Shown: positions 38,783 through 47,721 of the stretch, in pieces | How the letters are laid out: each line of letters starts with the position of its first letter | Numbering within the stretch: position 1 is the stretch's first letter | Source: an uncultured Acidaminococcales bacterium | Lineage (GTDB): Bacteria; Bacillota; Negativicutes; Acidaminococcales; JAISLQ01 | Length of the DNA: 64,000 bases | Assembly: GCA_964551985.1 (NCBI GenBank) | Contig: CAZKFG010000003.1 | Span: 3,821 to 67,820, forward strand | Reading direction: 5' to 3' | Notes under the pieces: generated by a model | What the model was told of the DNA's origin: nothing | Database searches by the model: none | What the model saw: the letters and a program-made list of their open reading frames with translations, nothing else | Program-made: the position numbers and the translations under genes

Positions 38783-39451
38783 ATGACTGTAAGCATAATT
38801 ACCGCTTTACTTTTAATAACATTTGCAATTATATTTCTTGTTTATAAAAGACACATGATTGTAAAACTATTATCACTTGATTTTACCGATCAAGTTAAAA
38901 GCTTTGAAAAAGATATACAATCAACAGCAACTGTCGCCGTTGATAAACTAACTAGAGCAACAGACGACTTGGAATATTTGTTAGAACAATCCCAAGAAAC
39001 GATAGAAGAACTTAAAATACGTTGCAAAATAGCTGAAGAACAACTATACAAATATTCTCTTAACGAAATAAAACAAAATGTTGTATATAAAACAAACGCA
39101 CAACAAATAATTACCCAAGATCCTATACAACAATCATTTGCTCAGCATTTTATAAAAGCGTCATACAATCAAGCTCCACACCTAGAAACAAAAGAAACTT
39201 TGCCAGAAGAAACTATTAGCAAAGTTATACTACAAGAGCAAGCTAATACAAAACAAGAAGAGCTATCTAAAAATGTAATAGATTTTCCAACCTCAAAAGT
39301 TAATATAGATATGGCGGAAGCTGAACCAAAATTTAGACAAAAACAAATACTTCGTCTAGCTGCCAGTGGTTATGATGATACATATATTGCTCAAACATTA
39401 AGGCTGGGAATTAGTGAAGTAAAATTGACAAGAAAAGCTATAGAAAAATAA
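38783..39451 (+). CDS. Membrane-anchored coiled-coil protein with a C-terminal HTH-like motif, positional equivalent of B. subtilis swrB (ylxL)
   Basis: 222 aa. It has an N-terminal TM (IITALLLITFAIIFLVY), a coiled coil, and a C-terminal segment (KQILRLAASGYDDTYIAQTLRLGISEVKLTRKAIEK) resembling a LuxR/sigma-region-4-type HTH. It is the last gene before rpsB, where swrB lies in B. subtilis. Confidence 0.5.
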   Translation: MTVSIITALLLITFAIIFLVYKRHMIVKLLSLDFTDQVKSFEKDIQSTATVAVDKLTRATDDLEYLLEQSQETIEELKIRCKIAEEQLYKYSLNEIKQNVVYKTNAQQIITQDPIQQSFAQHFIKASYNQAPHLETKETLPEETISKVILQEQANTKQEELSKNVIDFPTSKVNIDMAEAEPKFRQKQILRLAASGYDDTYIAQTLRLGISEVKLTRKAIEK

Positions 39452-39490
39452 AAGTCTATCAGATTGAATAATCTAGTAGACTTTTATTAT
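39451..39490 (+). terminator. Rho-independent terminator closing the fla/che-sigD transcription unit
   Basis: The interrupted stem is AAAGTCTA-tc-AGATT-gaat-AATCT-ag-TAGACTTT, followed by TTATTATTT. Confidence 0.75.
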
Positions 39491-39506
39491 TTATATATGA
39501 TATAAT
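39477..39506 (+). promoter_or_regulatory. Candidate sigmaA promoter of rpsB-tsf (-35 TAGACT, 18-nt spacer, extended -10 TGaTATAAT)
   Basis: The TGATATAAT at 39498-39506 was read directly. It is followed by a leader of about 108 nt before the rpsB ATG. Confidence 0.45.
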
Positions 39507-39614
39507 ACTTATCGGTGTTAAAAAAATACACACGCAAACTAATTATTTCCTGTTCCAACTTTTGGTAGAAAATAAGATGATGTTTGCGGAGGAAAAAACA
39601 GGAGGAATGAAAAA

Positions 39615-40343
39615 ATGGCAGTAATTTCAATGAAACAGCTTTTAGAAGCGGGGGTTCACTTTGGTCATCAAACAAGACGCTGGAACCCAAAGATGGCACA
39701 GTACATATTTACAGAACGTAACGGTATCTACATTATTGATCTACAAAAAACCGTTAAAAAAATTGATGAAGCTTACAATTTTTTACGTAGCGTAGCACTA
39801 GAAGGAAAAACAATTTTATTTGTTGGTACTAAAAAACAAGCACAAGAAGCAGTGCAAGAAGAAGCAATGCGTTGCAATATGTTCTATGTAAACGAAAGAT
39901 GGCTAGGTGGAATGCTCACAAATTTCCAAACAATCCAAAAACGTATTGCTCGTCTTCGCCAACTAGAAACAATGCAAACAGATGGAACTTTTGATGTGTT
40001 ACCAAAAAAAGAAGTACTTTCTTTAAAACATGAAATGTCTCGCTTGACAAAATTCTTAGCTGGTATCAAGGACATGCACAAATTACCTGGTGCTATATTT
40101 GTTGTTGATCCAAGAAAAGAACATATAGCAATTCTAGAAGCTAGAAAACTTAATATACCAGTAGTTGGTATTGTTGATACAAACTGTGATCCTGATGAAG
40201 TAGACTATGTAATTCCAGCAAATGATGATGCTATAAGAGCGGTAAAACTACTTACAGCTAGACTTGCTGATGCAGTACTAGAAGGTCGTCAAGGCGTACA
40301 ATTTGAAACAGCAGCTGAAGAAAATAGCGACGAACAAGAATAA
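39615..40343 (+). CDS. rpsB: 30S ribosomal protein S2
   Basis: The N-terminus [27 protein letters not shown] is the canonical S2 N-terminus. Confidence 0.98.
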   Translation: MAVISMKQLLEAGVHFGHQTRRWNPKMAQYIFTERNGIYIIDLQKTVKKIDEAYNFLRSVALEGKTILFVGTKKQAQEAVQEEAMRCNMFYVNERWLGGMLTNFQTIQKRIARLRQLETMQTDGTFDVLPKKEVLSLKHEMSRLTKFLAGIKDMHKLPGAIFVVDPRKEHIAILEARKLNIPVVGIVDTNCDPDEVDYVIPANDDAIRAVKLLTARLADAVLEGRQGVQFETAAEENSDEQE

Positions 40344-40371
40344 ATAAAATTGTCTTAGGAGGAAAATATAG

Positions 40372-41022
40372 ATGGTAACAGCAGCTATGGTAAAAGAACT
40401 GCGTGAACGCACAGGTGCGGGCATGATGGACTGCAAAAAAGTTTTAACCGAAACAAATGGTGATATAGATAAAGCTGTAGATGTATTACGTGAAAAAGGA
40501 CTCGCTGCAGCAGCTAAAAAAGCTGGACGCGTTGCTAGTGAAGGCACAGTTGAGGCATATATTCATGCTGGTGGTAAAATTGGCGTTTTAGTTGAAGTAA
40601 ACTGTGAAACTGATTTTGTTGCTAAAACAGATGACTTTAAACTATTGGTTAAAGATATTGCTATGCACATTGCAGCAGCAAATCCACTTTATTTAAATAA
40701 AGAACAAGTTCCTGAAGAAACATTACAACACGAACGTGATATTTTACGCGCACAAGCACTAAACGAAGGCAAGCCAGAGAAAATCGTTGATAAAATGGTT
40801 GAAGGTAGAATTGAAAAATACTACAAAGAAGTTTGTCTTTTAGAACAACCGTTTGTTAAAGATCAAGACAACACAATTAGCCAACTGATTACTCAAAGCA
40901 TTGCAAAAATAGGCGAAAACATAACAATTCGTCGATTTGTTCGCTATCAATTAGGTGAAGGAATCGAAAAGAAAGAAACAGATTTCGCTGCTGAAGTTAT
41001 GGCTTTTGTAAAAAATGATTAA
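40372..41022 (+). CDS. tsf: Elongation factor Ts (short, about 216-aa form)
   Basis: [38 protein letters not shown] (UBA-like N-domain) is present, together with the EF-Ts core. Confidence 0.97.
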   Translation: MVTAAMVKELRERTGAGMMDCKKVLTETNGDIDKAVDVLREKGLAAAAKKAGRVASEGTVEAYIHAGGKIGVLVEVNCETDFVAKTDDFKLLVKDIAMHIAAANPLYLNKEQVPEETLQHERDILRAQALNEGKPEKIVDKMVEGRIEKYYKEVCLLEQPFVKDQDNTISQLITQSIAKIGENITIRRFVRYQLGEGIEKKETDFAAEVMAFVKND

Positions 41023-41030
41023 TAAATGAA

Positions 41031-41058
41031 AAGGGAACACTTTTGTGTTCTCTTTTTT
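41031..41058 (+). terminator. Rho-independent terminator after tsf
   Basis: The stem is AAGGGAACAC-tttt-GTGTTCTCTT, followed by a T-tract. Confidence 0.8.
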
Positions 41059-41134
41059 AATAATTTATATTAAACTTAAAAAGGAGAAACCTTATTTTTG
41101 TAGAATTAATATAGCTAAGGTTGGGGGTTAGGTT

Positions 41135-41854
41135 ATGAAAGAGCGAAAGTTCAAACGAGTGGTTTTGAAATTAAGCGGTGAAGCACTGGCAGGCGAAAAA
41201 GGCTATGGAATTGACCCTAATGTAGTAGATGAAATTGCAGCTCAAATCCAAAAAGTAAATCAAACTGATTTAGAAGTTGCCATAGTAAATGGTGGCGGCA
41301 ATATTTGGCGGGGACTATCTGGAAGTTCTAAAGGCATGGATAGAGCTACAGCAGATTACATGGGAATGTTGGCTACAGTTATCAACTCTTTGGCTTTGCA
41401 AGATGCACTAGAAGCAAGAGGAGTAGATACAAGAGTACAAACAGCAATTGAAATGAGACAAATAGCAGAAACCTACATTCGTAGGAGAGCAATCAGACAT
41501 CTAGAGAAAAAAAGAGTAGTAATTTTTGCAGCTGGTACTGGTAACCCATACTTTTCAACGGATACAACAGCGGCGCTAAGAGCAGCAGAGGTTGAAGCAG
41601 ATGCTATTTTAATGGCTAAAAAGAATGTTGATGGTGTTTATGATAGCGATCCTAAACTTAATCCAGATGCAAAAATGTTTGAAACCTTAGAATATATAGA
41701 AGTAATCAAACAAGGTTTAGGTGTTATGGATTCTACAGCAATAAGTCTTTGTATGGATAATAAAATACCTATAGTTGTATTTAACATAGATAATCCAAAC
41801 AATATTGTAAAAGTCGCTAACGGTGAACAAATAGGGACAATAATAGGAGGATAA
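41135..41854 (+). CDS. pyrH: UMP kinase
   Basis: Motifs [19 protein letters not shown] and [22 protein letters not shown] are present. Confidence 0.97.
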   Translation: MKERKFKRVVLKLSGEALAGEKGYGIDPNVVDEIAAQIQKVNQTDLEVAIVNGGGNIWRGLSGSSKGMDRATADYMGMLATVINSLALQDALEARGVDTRVQTAIEMRQIAETYIRRRAIRHLEKKRVVIFAAGTGNPYFSTDTTAALRAAEVEADAILMAKKNVDGVYDSDPKLNPDAKMFETLEYIEVIKQGLGVMDSTAISLCMDNKIPIVVFNIDNPNNIVKVANGEQIGTIIGG

Positions 41855-41858
41855 TATC

Positions 41859-42422
41859 ATGGCTGAAATTAGTGAATTACTTTCAAATAATGAAACGAAA
41901 ATGAAAAAAACATTAGATACTATGCACAAAGATTATGCAACAATTCGTGCCGGTCGTGCCACACCTGCTTTGTTAGATAAAGTTATGGTGGATTATTATG
42001 GCACTGCTACACCTATAAACCAAGTTGCAAACATCTCTATTCCTGAACCCAGAATGATTGTCATTCAACCTTGGGAAAAGACAGTTATGAAGGATATAGA
42101 GCGAGCTATTTTAAAATCAGATTTAGGATTGAATCCTAATAGTGATGGTGTTGTTATCAGAATAGCTATACCACAACTTACAGAACAAAGAAGAGAAGAG
42201 ATAGTAAAAATCGTCAAGAAAAAATGTGAAGAATATAAAGTAATTATTAGAAACATAAGACGTGACGCTAATGATGTTATTAAAAAAGAAGAAAAAGATA
42301 AAACTATAACAGAAGATGATGCTAAAAAGGCACAAGATAACATGCAAAAAATCACAGACAAATATATAAAAGAAGCAGATAATATTTGCTTGCACAAAGA
42401 AAAGGAAATAATGGAAGTATAA
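41859..42422 (+). CDS. frr: Ribosome recycling factor
   Basis: 187 aa with the motifs YATIRAGRATPALLD and IAIPQLTEQRREEIVK. Confidence 0.97.
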   Translation: MAEISELLSNNETKMKKTLDTMHKDYATIRAGRATPALLDKVMVDYYGTATPINQVANISIPEPRMIVIQPWEKTVMKDIERAILKSDLGLNPNSDGVVIRIAIPQLTEQRREEIVKIVKKKCEEYKVIIRNIRRDANDVIKKEEKDKTITEDDAKKAQDNMQKITDKYIKEADNICLHKEKEIMEV

Positions 42423-42625
42423 TGGATTTTTTGGCATGGGAATTTAATCAGGCTAAAATTTATTTGGATGAAAATGGCTACAGTTATACATTTAAAGAAG
42501 CAAAAAATGTAGGTAAAAATGCTCAAAATGAATTTTCTGTGGACAAATTTATCATAAAACAAACAAAAAATGAACAAAATCAATATGAATTTTTACTATG
42601 TAGCAAAATTAGAAGGGAGGTGTAA
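42422..42625 (+). CDS. Hypothetical small protein, translationally coupled to frr
   Basis: The 67-aa ORF MDFLAWEFNQAKIYLDENGYSYTFKEAKNV... has an ATG that overlaps the frr stop (TAATG). I did not recognise a family. The track ORF (42386) starts earlier, inside frr. Confidence 0.45.
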   Translation: MDFLAWEFNQAKIYLDENGYSYTFKEAKNVGKNAQNEFSVDKFIIKQTKNEQNQYEFLLCSKIRREV

Positions 42626-42628
42626 GAA

Positions 42629-42793
42629 ATGGCATACAAAATTAATGATACCTGTATTTCTTGCGGTGCTTGTGCCGCTACATGTCCAGTAGGAGCTATA
42701 GCAGAAGGCACTCCATATGTAATAAGTGATGAATGTATTGAATGTGGTGCATGTGCTGGTGTTTGTCCAGTAGGTGCAATTGAGGCACCTTGA
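42629..42793 (+). CDS. fdx: Clostridial-type 2x[4Fe-4S] ferredoxin (54 aa; below the ORF-track size cut-off)
   Basis: My own translation is MAYKINDTCISCGACAATCPVGAIAEGTPYVISDECIECGACAGVCPVGAIEAP. It has two CxxCxxCxxxCP motifs, and the SD AGGGAGG lies 8 nt upstream. The track shows only an antisense shadow ORF here (42580..42810, minus strand). Confidence 0.9.
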   Translation: MAYKINDTCISCGACAATCPVGAIAEGTPYVISDECIECGACAGVCPVGAIEAP

Positions 42794-42801
42794 TGTAAAT
42801 G

Positions 42802-42819
42802 CCCCCTCATATGAGGGGG
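42802..42819 (+). terminator. Perfect palindromic hairpin CCCCCTCA/TGAGGGGG after the ferredoxin gene
   Basis: The sequence CCCCCTCATATGAGGGGG was read directly. It is followed by TTGTGTCTTTA, a modest U-tract. Confidence 0.6.
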
Positions 42820-42855
42820 TTGTGTCTTTATACTAAGTTAAAGGGGTATAAGGCT

Positions 42856-43590
42856 TTGAATTTTATAGATAATCTTAATATGCAAAATATTCCTAGGCAT
42901 ATTGCCATAATAATGGATGGCAATGGGCGCTGGGCTGAGAGTAAAGGTTTGCCTAGAACATTCGGACATAAAGAAGGTGCTAAGACCTTAAAAAAAATCG
43001 TTCGTCTAGCAAATAATATAGGTGTAAAAGCTATAACTGTTTATGCTTTTTCTACTGAAAATTGGAAACGACCAGAGCTTGAAGTTAATTTCTTAATGAA
43101 TTTGCTAGATTCTTATTTAAAAAAAGAAATTAATGAACTAAATAAAGAAAATGTAAAAGTTATTTTTAGTGGTAAATTAGAAAAATTACCGACAAAAGTT
43201 CGAGAACGGGCAGAAAAAACTATTGATATAACAAAAGATAATACAGGACTTGTTCTAAATCTTGCTGTAAACTATGGTGGACAAGCAGAAATTATCAATG
43301 CTGTGAATAATATACTCAAAGATGTAAAAAATGGTAAAATAGAAAATAACCAAATTGATGAAACCATTTTCAAAAATTACTTATACACAGTAAATCTTCC
43401 TGATGTTGATTTACTTATAAGACCTGGCGGAGATATGAGAATAAGTAATTTTCTGCTATGGCAAATAGCTTATGCGGAAATTTGGTTTACAGATACATTT
43501 TGGCCTGATATAAAAGAAGAAGATTTTTGTAAGGCAATACAAGACTATCAAACAAGAGACAGACGCTTTGGCGCTTTAAATAAAAAATAA
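42856..43590 (+). CDS. uppS: Undecaprenyl-diphosphate synthase (isoprenyl transferase)
   Basis: Motifs are IPRHIAIIMDGNGRWA, AFSTENWKRP and IRPGGDMRISNFLLWQIAYAE. The TTG at 42856 lies 9 nt after AAAGGGG. The track ORF start (42799) lies inside the upstream hairpin and is unlikely. An ATG at 42880 is an alternative start. Confidence 0.93.
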   Translation: MNFIDNLNMQNIPRHIAIIMDGNGRWAESKGLPRTFGHKEGAKTLKKIVRLANNIGVKAITVYAFSTENWKRPELEVNFLMNLLDSYLKKEINELNKENVKVIFSGKLEKLPTKVRERAEKTIDITKDNTGLVLNLAVNYGGQAEIINAVNNILKDVKNGKIENNQIDETIFKNYLYTVNLPDVDLLIRPGGDMRISNFLLWQIAYAEIWFTDTFWPDIKEEDFCKAIQDYQTRDRRFGALNKK

Positions 43591-43603
43591 AGTAGGTGTT
43601 TTA

Positions 43604-44434
43604 GTGCTTTTACCAAGGCTTTTAACAGCCATTGTTGGTATACCGCTAGTTGTATTTTTGCTAAATTACGGTGGATTGGTTTTTGCTTTAGCAGTAGCAA
43701 TTTTTTCTTTTGTCGCTACTGTCGAATTAAATAATATGGCAAAAAAAATTGGGGCACAAATTTATCTTTTTTCAGGAATGATTTGCGTGCCTATTTTGTG
43801 TTTAGTAGCATATTTTTTTGGTGCTGAAAAACTAATGCTTGCTTTTAATGCTTTCATATTATTTGTTTTAATTGAAGGAATAATAAAGTTTAAAAATTCA
43901 AAATGGCTACAATGCAACTTTTTTTCGATATTTGCTTTGTGTTATACAGGTTTGTTTTTTGCTCAAATAATCTTAATTAGACAATTTGCTCAAACAAATA
44001 TTGTTGAAAACTATTTTGGTAAAATGAGTTTAGGTGAGATATTTTTATGGCTAGGACTGCTTGGCACTTGGTCAAGTGATACTTTTGCATATTTTGTAGG
44101 CATAACTATTGGCAAGCATAAAATGTGCCCACAGCTAAGTCCTAAAAAATCTTGGGAAGGCGCAATCGGTGGATTTGTTGGATGCGTAGCAAGTGTATAT
44201 TTTTTAGGCACTTATTTATTTAATTTAGGCATTTACAATCTTGTGTTTCTAGGTCTTATCATAGCTGTTGTTGCGCCACTTGGTGATCTTTGCGAATCAC
44301 AGCTAAAAAGATTTTGCTCAGTTAAAGATTCAGGTAGTATTTTTCCTGGACACGGTGGAGTGCTAGATAGATTTGACAGTATTTTGTTTGTAATGCCGGC
44401 AGTATATATATATTTAATTTTAATGGTAGGGTAG
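43604..44434 (+). CDS. cdsA: Phosphatidate cytidylyltransferase
   Basis: A 276-aa polytopic protein with the CTP-transferase signature SDTFAYFVG...KKSWEGAIGG...GDLCESQLKR..VKDSG..FPGHGGVLDRFDS. Confidence 0.93.
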   Translation: MLLPRLLTAIVGIPLVVFLLNYGGLVFALAVAIFSFVATVELNNMAKKIGAQIYLFSGMICVPILCLVAYFFGAEKLMLAFNAFILFVLIEGIIKFKNSKWLQCNFFSIFALCYTGLFFAQIILIRQFAQTNIVENYFGKMSLGEIFLWLGLLGTWSSDTFAYFVGITIGKHKMCPQLSPKKSWEGAIGGFVGCVASVYFLGTYLFNLGIYNLVFLGLIIAVVAPLGDLCESQLKRFCSVKDSGSIFPGHGGVLDRFDSILFVMPAVYIYLILMVG

Positions 44435-44437
44435 ATT

Positions 44438-45592
44438 ATGAAGAATATAGCTATTTTAGGTAGTACTGGTTCTATTGGTCAGCAGGCATTAGAAATAGCC
44501 AGAGCAAATAAGGATAAAATAAAAGTTACTACATTGGCTGCAAATGCAAATGATGAACTTTTAGAACAACAGATAAATGAATTTTTGCCAGATATAGCAG
44601 TATTGTCTGATGAAGATGCAGCAAAAAGATTAAAAAATCGCTATAAAGGTAAAACAGAAATTATAGACGGTGAAAAAGGGCTTATTGAAGCGGCAACTTA
44701 TGAAAAAATACATATGGTGCTTGCCTCAATAGTTGGCTTTGCAGGACTTTTACCAACACTTGCAGCAATTGAAAGCAAAAAAGAAATTGCTTTGGCTAAC
44801 AAAGAGACACTTGTTGCCGCAGGTAGTATCATTATGCCTAAAATAAAAGAATATAATTGTACTTTAATTCCTGTAGACAGCGAACACAGTGCTATATTTC
44901 AATCTTTAACTGGTCAAGATACAAGTAAAATTGAAAGAATATTGCTTACAGCTTCAGGTGGTCCATTTAGAGGAAAATCGTTAGAGCAACTTAAAAATAT
45001 TACTTTGCAAGACTGCTTAAAGCACCCTAACTGGGCAATGGGACAAAAGATAACTATAGATTCTTCAACTCTTGCTAACAAAGGCTTAGAAGTTATTGAA
45101 GCACATTGGTTATTTGATATAGATTATGATAAAATAACTGTAGTTGTTCATCCACAAAGCATAATACATTCTATGGTTGAATATACTGATGGCGCTGTTA
45201 TCGCACAACTTGGGTTACCTGATATGAAAGTGCCGATTCAGTATGCTTTTTCTTATCCTAAGCGCTGGGATAGTAGTTTTGAAAAATTAGATTTTTTTAA
45301 GCTTTCTCACATGACTTTTGAACAACCAGATATGCAAACATTTTCGGCATTAAAACTTGCTTTTGATGCAGGAAAAATGGGCGGTACAATGCCTTGTATC
45401 TATAATGCAGCAAATGAGCAGGCGGTAAATAATTTTATTAAAGGTAATATAAGTTACCTTGATATACCAAAAGCAATAGAATACACTATGCAAAAATGTG
45501 AAATGGTTCAACAACCAACATTAGATGATATAATTAAAGCAGATAAAAAAGCTAGAGAGTATGTAAAAGAATATACTCAAAGCTTAAAATAA
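44438..45592 (+). CDS. dxr: 1-deoxy-D-xylulose-5-phosphate reductoisomerase
   Basis: Motifs ILGSTGSIGQQAL, LANKETLV, PVDSEHSAIFQ and HPNWAMGQKITIDS are present. Confidence 0.97.
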   Translation: MKNIAILGSTGSIGQQALEIARANKDKIKVTTLAANANDELLEQQINEFLPDIAVLSDEDAAKRLKNRYKGKTEIIDGEKGLIEAATYEKIHMVLASIVGFAGLLPTLAAIESKKEIALANKETLVAAGSIIMPKIKEYNCTLIPVDSEHSAIFQSLTGQDTSKIERILLTASGGPFRGKSLEQLKNITLQDCLKHPNWAMGQKITIDSSTLANKGLEVIEAHWLFDIDYDKITVVVHPQSIIHSMVEYTDGAVIAQLGLPDMKVPIQYAFSYPKRWDSSFEKLDFFKLSHMTFEQPDMQTFSALKLAFDAGKMGGTMPCIYNAANEQAVNNFIKGNISYLDIPKAIEYTMQKCEMVQQPTLDDIIKADKKAREYVKEYTQSLK

Positions 45593-45607
45593 CAGGAGGA
45601 TTTTTTT

Positions 45608-46636
45608 GTGATAACAATTTTAGCCACAATTTTTGTTTTTGGCTTACTAGTATTCGTACACGAACTTGGTCATTTTGTCATCGCCAAGTTATCAGGTATG
45701 AAAGTTACAGAATTTGCCATAGGGTTTGGACCTGGCATCTATAAAAAACAAGAAGGCGAAACACTTTATTCTTTGAGAGCTATACCACTGGGTGGGTATA
45801 ATAAAATCGCTGGAATGGATCCAGATGATGAAGAAGATCCGAGAAATTTTGACAATCAATCATTAATTAAAAGGATATTAGTTGTTTTAGCAGGTTCTAC
45901 AATGAATTTGCTTTTGCCCATAGTACTCTTTTTTATAATAATAATGACATCTGGCTTGCAAAAGCCTGTTGATTTGCCTCAGTTTGGTAAAATTATAGAA
46001 AATACACCCGCTGCAACAGCTGGTTTAAAAGAAAATGATAAAGTTGTATCTGTTGATGGTAAAAAAGTAGGCACTTGGTCAGAGCTTGTAGATAATATCA
46101 AAGACAAGTCAAACCAACAAATAAAATTGGTTGTCGAGCGTGATGGTCAAAACTTGAATTTAGTTGTTATACCTCAGTATGATGCCAAAGCAAAAAAATC
46201 TGTAATAGGTGTTATTGCTAAAACAACTACATATAAACCTGGTGTGATTGAGGCTATGCAACTTTCTGTCACACAGACATATATGATTTGCAAAGAGATG
46301 ATTACAAGCTTTTACTATTTAATATTTGATCGTAGTCAACCGGCAGATTTAGCAGGACCTATTGGTGTCGCTCAAATGGCAGGTAAAGTTGCGCAATACG
46401 GAATTATTCCACTACTTAATTTTGCAGCGCTACTGAGTATAAATCTAGGGATAATAAATTTACTGCCGCTACCATTACTTGATGGTGGACATATAGTTGT
46501 ACTTATGCTTGAAGGCATACGCGGTAAAAAGCTAGGTGCTAATACAATGCAGAAAATTCAATATGTAGGGATGATACTACTATTTTCTTTGCTTATTTTT
46601 GCAACATTTAAAGATGTTATCAGACTTAGCTCTTAA
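45608..46636 (+). CDS. rseP: Site-2 (RIP) zinc metalloprotease RseP/RasP
   Basis: It has HELGHF (HExxH) in TM1, a PDZ domain (AATAGLKENDKVVSVDG), and NLLPLPLLDGGH (the LDG motif). Confidence 0.93.
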   Translation: MITILATIFVFGLLVFVHELGHFVIAKLSGMKVTEFAIGFGPGIYKKQEGETLYSLRAIPLGGYNKIAGMDPDDEEDPRNFDNQSLIKRILVVLAGSTMNLLLPIVLFFIIIMTSGLQKPVDLPQFGKIIENTPAATAGLKENDKVVSVDGKKVGTWSELVDNIKDKSNQQIKLVVERDGQNLNLVVIPQYDAKAKKSVIGVIAKTTTYKPGVIEAMQLSVTQTYMICKEMITSFYYLIFDRSQPADLAGPIGVAQMAGKVAQYGIIPLLNFAALLSINLGIINLLPLPLLDGGHIVVLMLEGIRGKKLGANTMQKIQYVGMILLFSLLIFATFKDVIRLSS

Positions 46637-46653
46637 AAAGAGGTCTAAATATT

Positions 46654-47721
46654 ATGAGAAGAAAAACCAGACAAATAAATATTGGTGGCGTTTTAGTTGG
46701 TGGTGATAGTCAAATATCAGTTCAATCAATGACTAATACTAAAACTCATGATGTAAAAGCCACTATCAAACAAATACAGCAGCTTGTTGATGCAGGTTGT
46801 GATATAGTTCGTCTTGCTGTACCTGATGAACAGGCAGCAAACTCTTTAACTGATATTAAAAAAGCAGTTAAAATACCTATTATCGCTGATATTCACTTTG
46901 ATTATCGCTTGGCACTTTTGGCAATGGACAATAAAGTAGATGCTTTGCGCATAAATCCTGGAAATATTGGCAGTAAAGAAAATGTTGCAAAAGTAGTGCA
47001 AAAAGCCAAAGAGTGCAATATACCTATTCGGATAGGAGTAAATGCAGGCTCTTTGCCAAAAGATTTGATAAGAGAGAACCAAAAGCCGCAACCTGAAGAT
47101 TTGGTGCAAGCGGCAATGCGTAATATTGAAATCTTACAAGAGTTAGACTTTCACGATATAAAAATTTCGCTAAAAGCACATGATGTCCCACTTACAATAG
47201 CCACATATCAACTTATTGCAAATAAAGTCGATTATCCACTGCATTTAGGAATAACAGAAGCAGGCACTATTAATAGCGGGATAATAAAATCGGCTGTCGG
47301 CATAGGTGCGCTTTTAGCTCAAGGGATAGGCGATATATTAAGGGTTTCTTTGACAGGGGATCCTGTTGAGGAAGTAAAGGTTGGCAGGCAAATTTTAAAA
47401 GCACTTGGACTTAGATCTTATGGACCTACGATAGTATCTTGTCCTACTTGCGGAAGAACAGAAATTGATTTAGAGAAACTAGCGCTCAAAGTGGAAGAGA
47501 AACTATCCACAATTAAAGATGATATAACAGTTGCAGTTATGGGCTGCATAGTAAATGGACCAGGTGAAGCTAGAACTGCTGATGTAGGGATAGCAGGCGG
47601 CAAAGGACAAGGACTTATTTTTAAAAAAGGTCAGATATTGCGCAAAGTAGAACAAGATAAATTGCTTGATGAATTGTCAAAAGAGATAGATGAGATATTA
47701 AAAGAGAGGGCGAGAGCTTAA
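46654..47721 (+). CDS. ispG: 4-hydroxy-3-methylbut-2-enyl-diphosphate synthase (flavodoxin/ferredoxin type)
   Basis: Motifs are [34 protein letters not shown] and GCIVNGPGE. Confidence 0.97.
   Translation: MRRKTRQINIGGVLVGGDSQISVQSMTNTKTHDVKATIKQIQQLVDAGCDIVRLAVPDEQAANSLTDIKKAVKIPIIADIHFDYRLALLAMDNKVDALRINPGNIGSKENVAKVVQKAKECNIPIRIGVNAGSLPKDLIRENQKPQPEDLVQAAMRNIEILQELDFHDIKISLKAHDVPLTIATYQLIANKVDYPLHLGITEAGTINSGIIKSAVGIGALLAQGIGDILRVSLTGDPVEEVKVGRQILKALGLRSYGPTIVSCPTCGRTEIDLEKLALKVEEKLSTIKDDITVAVMGCIVNGPGEARTADVGIAGGKGQGLIFKKGQILRKVEQDKLLDELSKEIDEILKERARA

Noticed and set aside
41078-41134. SD-like AAGGAG followed by a TTG-TAG 'start-stop' upstream of pyrH
   Set aside because: The spacing is marginal and it is a single occurrence with no supporting structure. 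It is probably fortuitous in the AT-rich promoter region of pyrH.
42580-42810. 76-aa minus-strand ORF from the track, rich in His/Ala/Pro/Gly
   Set aside because: It is the antisense shadow of the + strand 54-aa 2x[4Fe-4S] ferredoxin (42629-42793). The ferredoxin has a strong SD and two perfect CxxCxxCxxxCP motifs, so the + strand reading is clearly the real gene.
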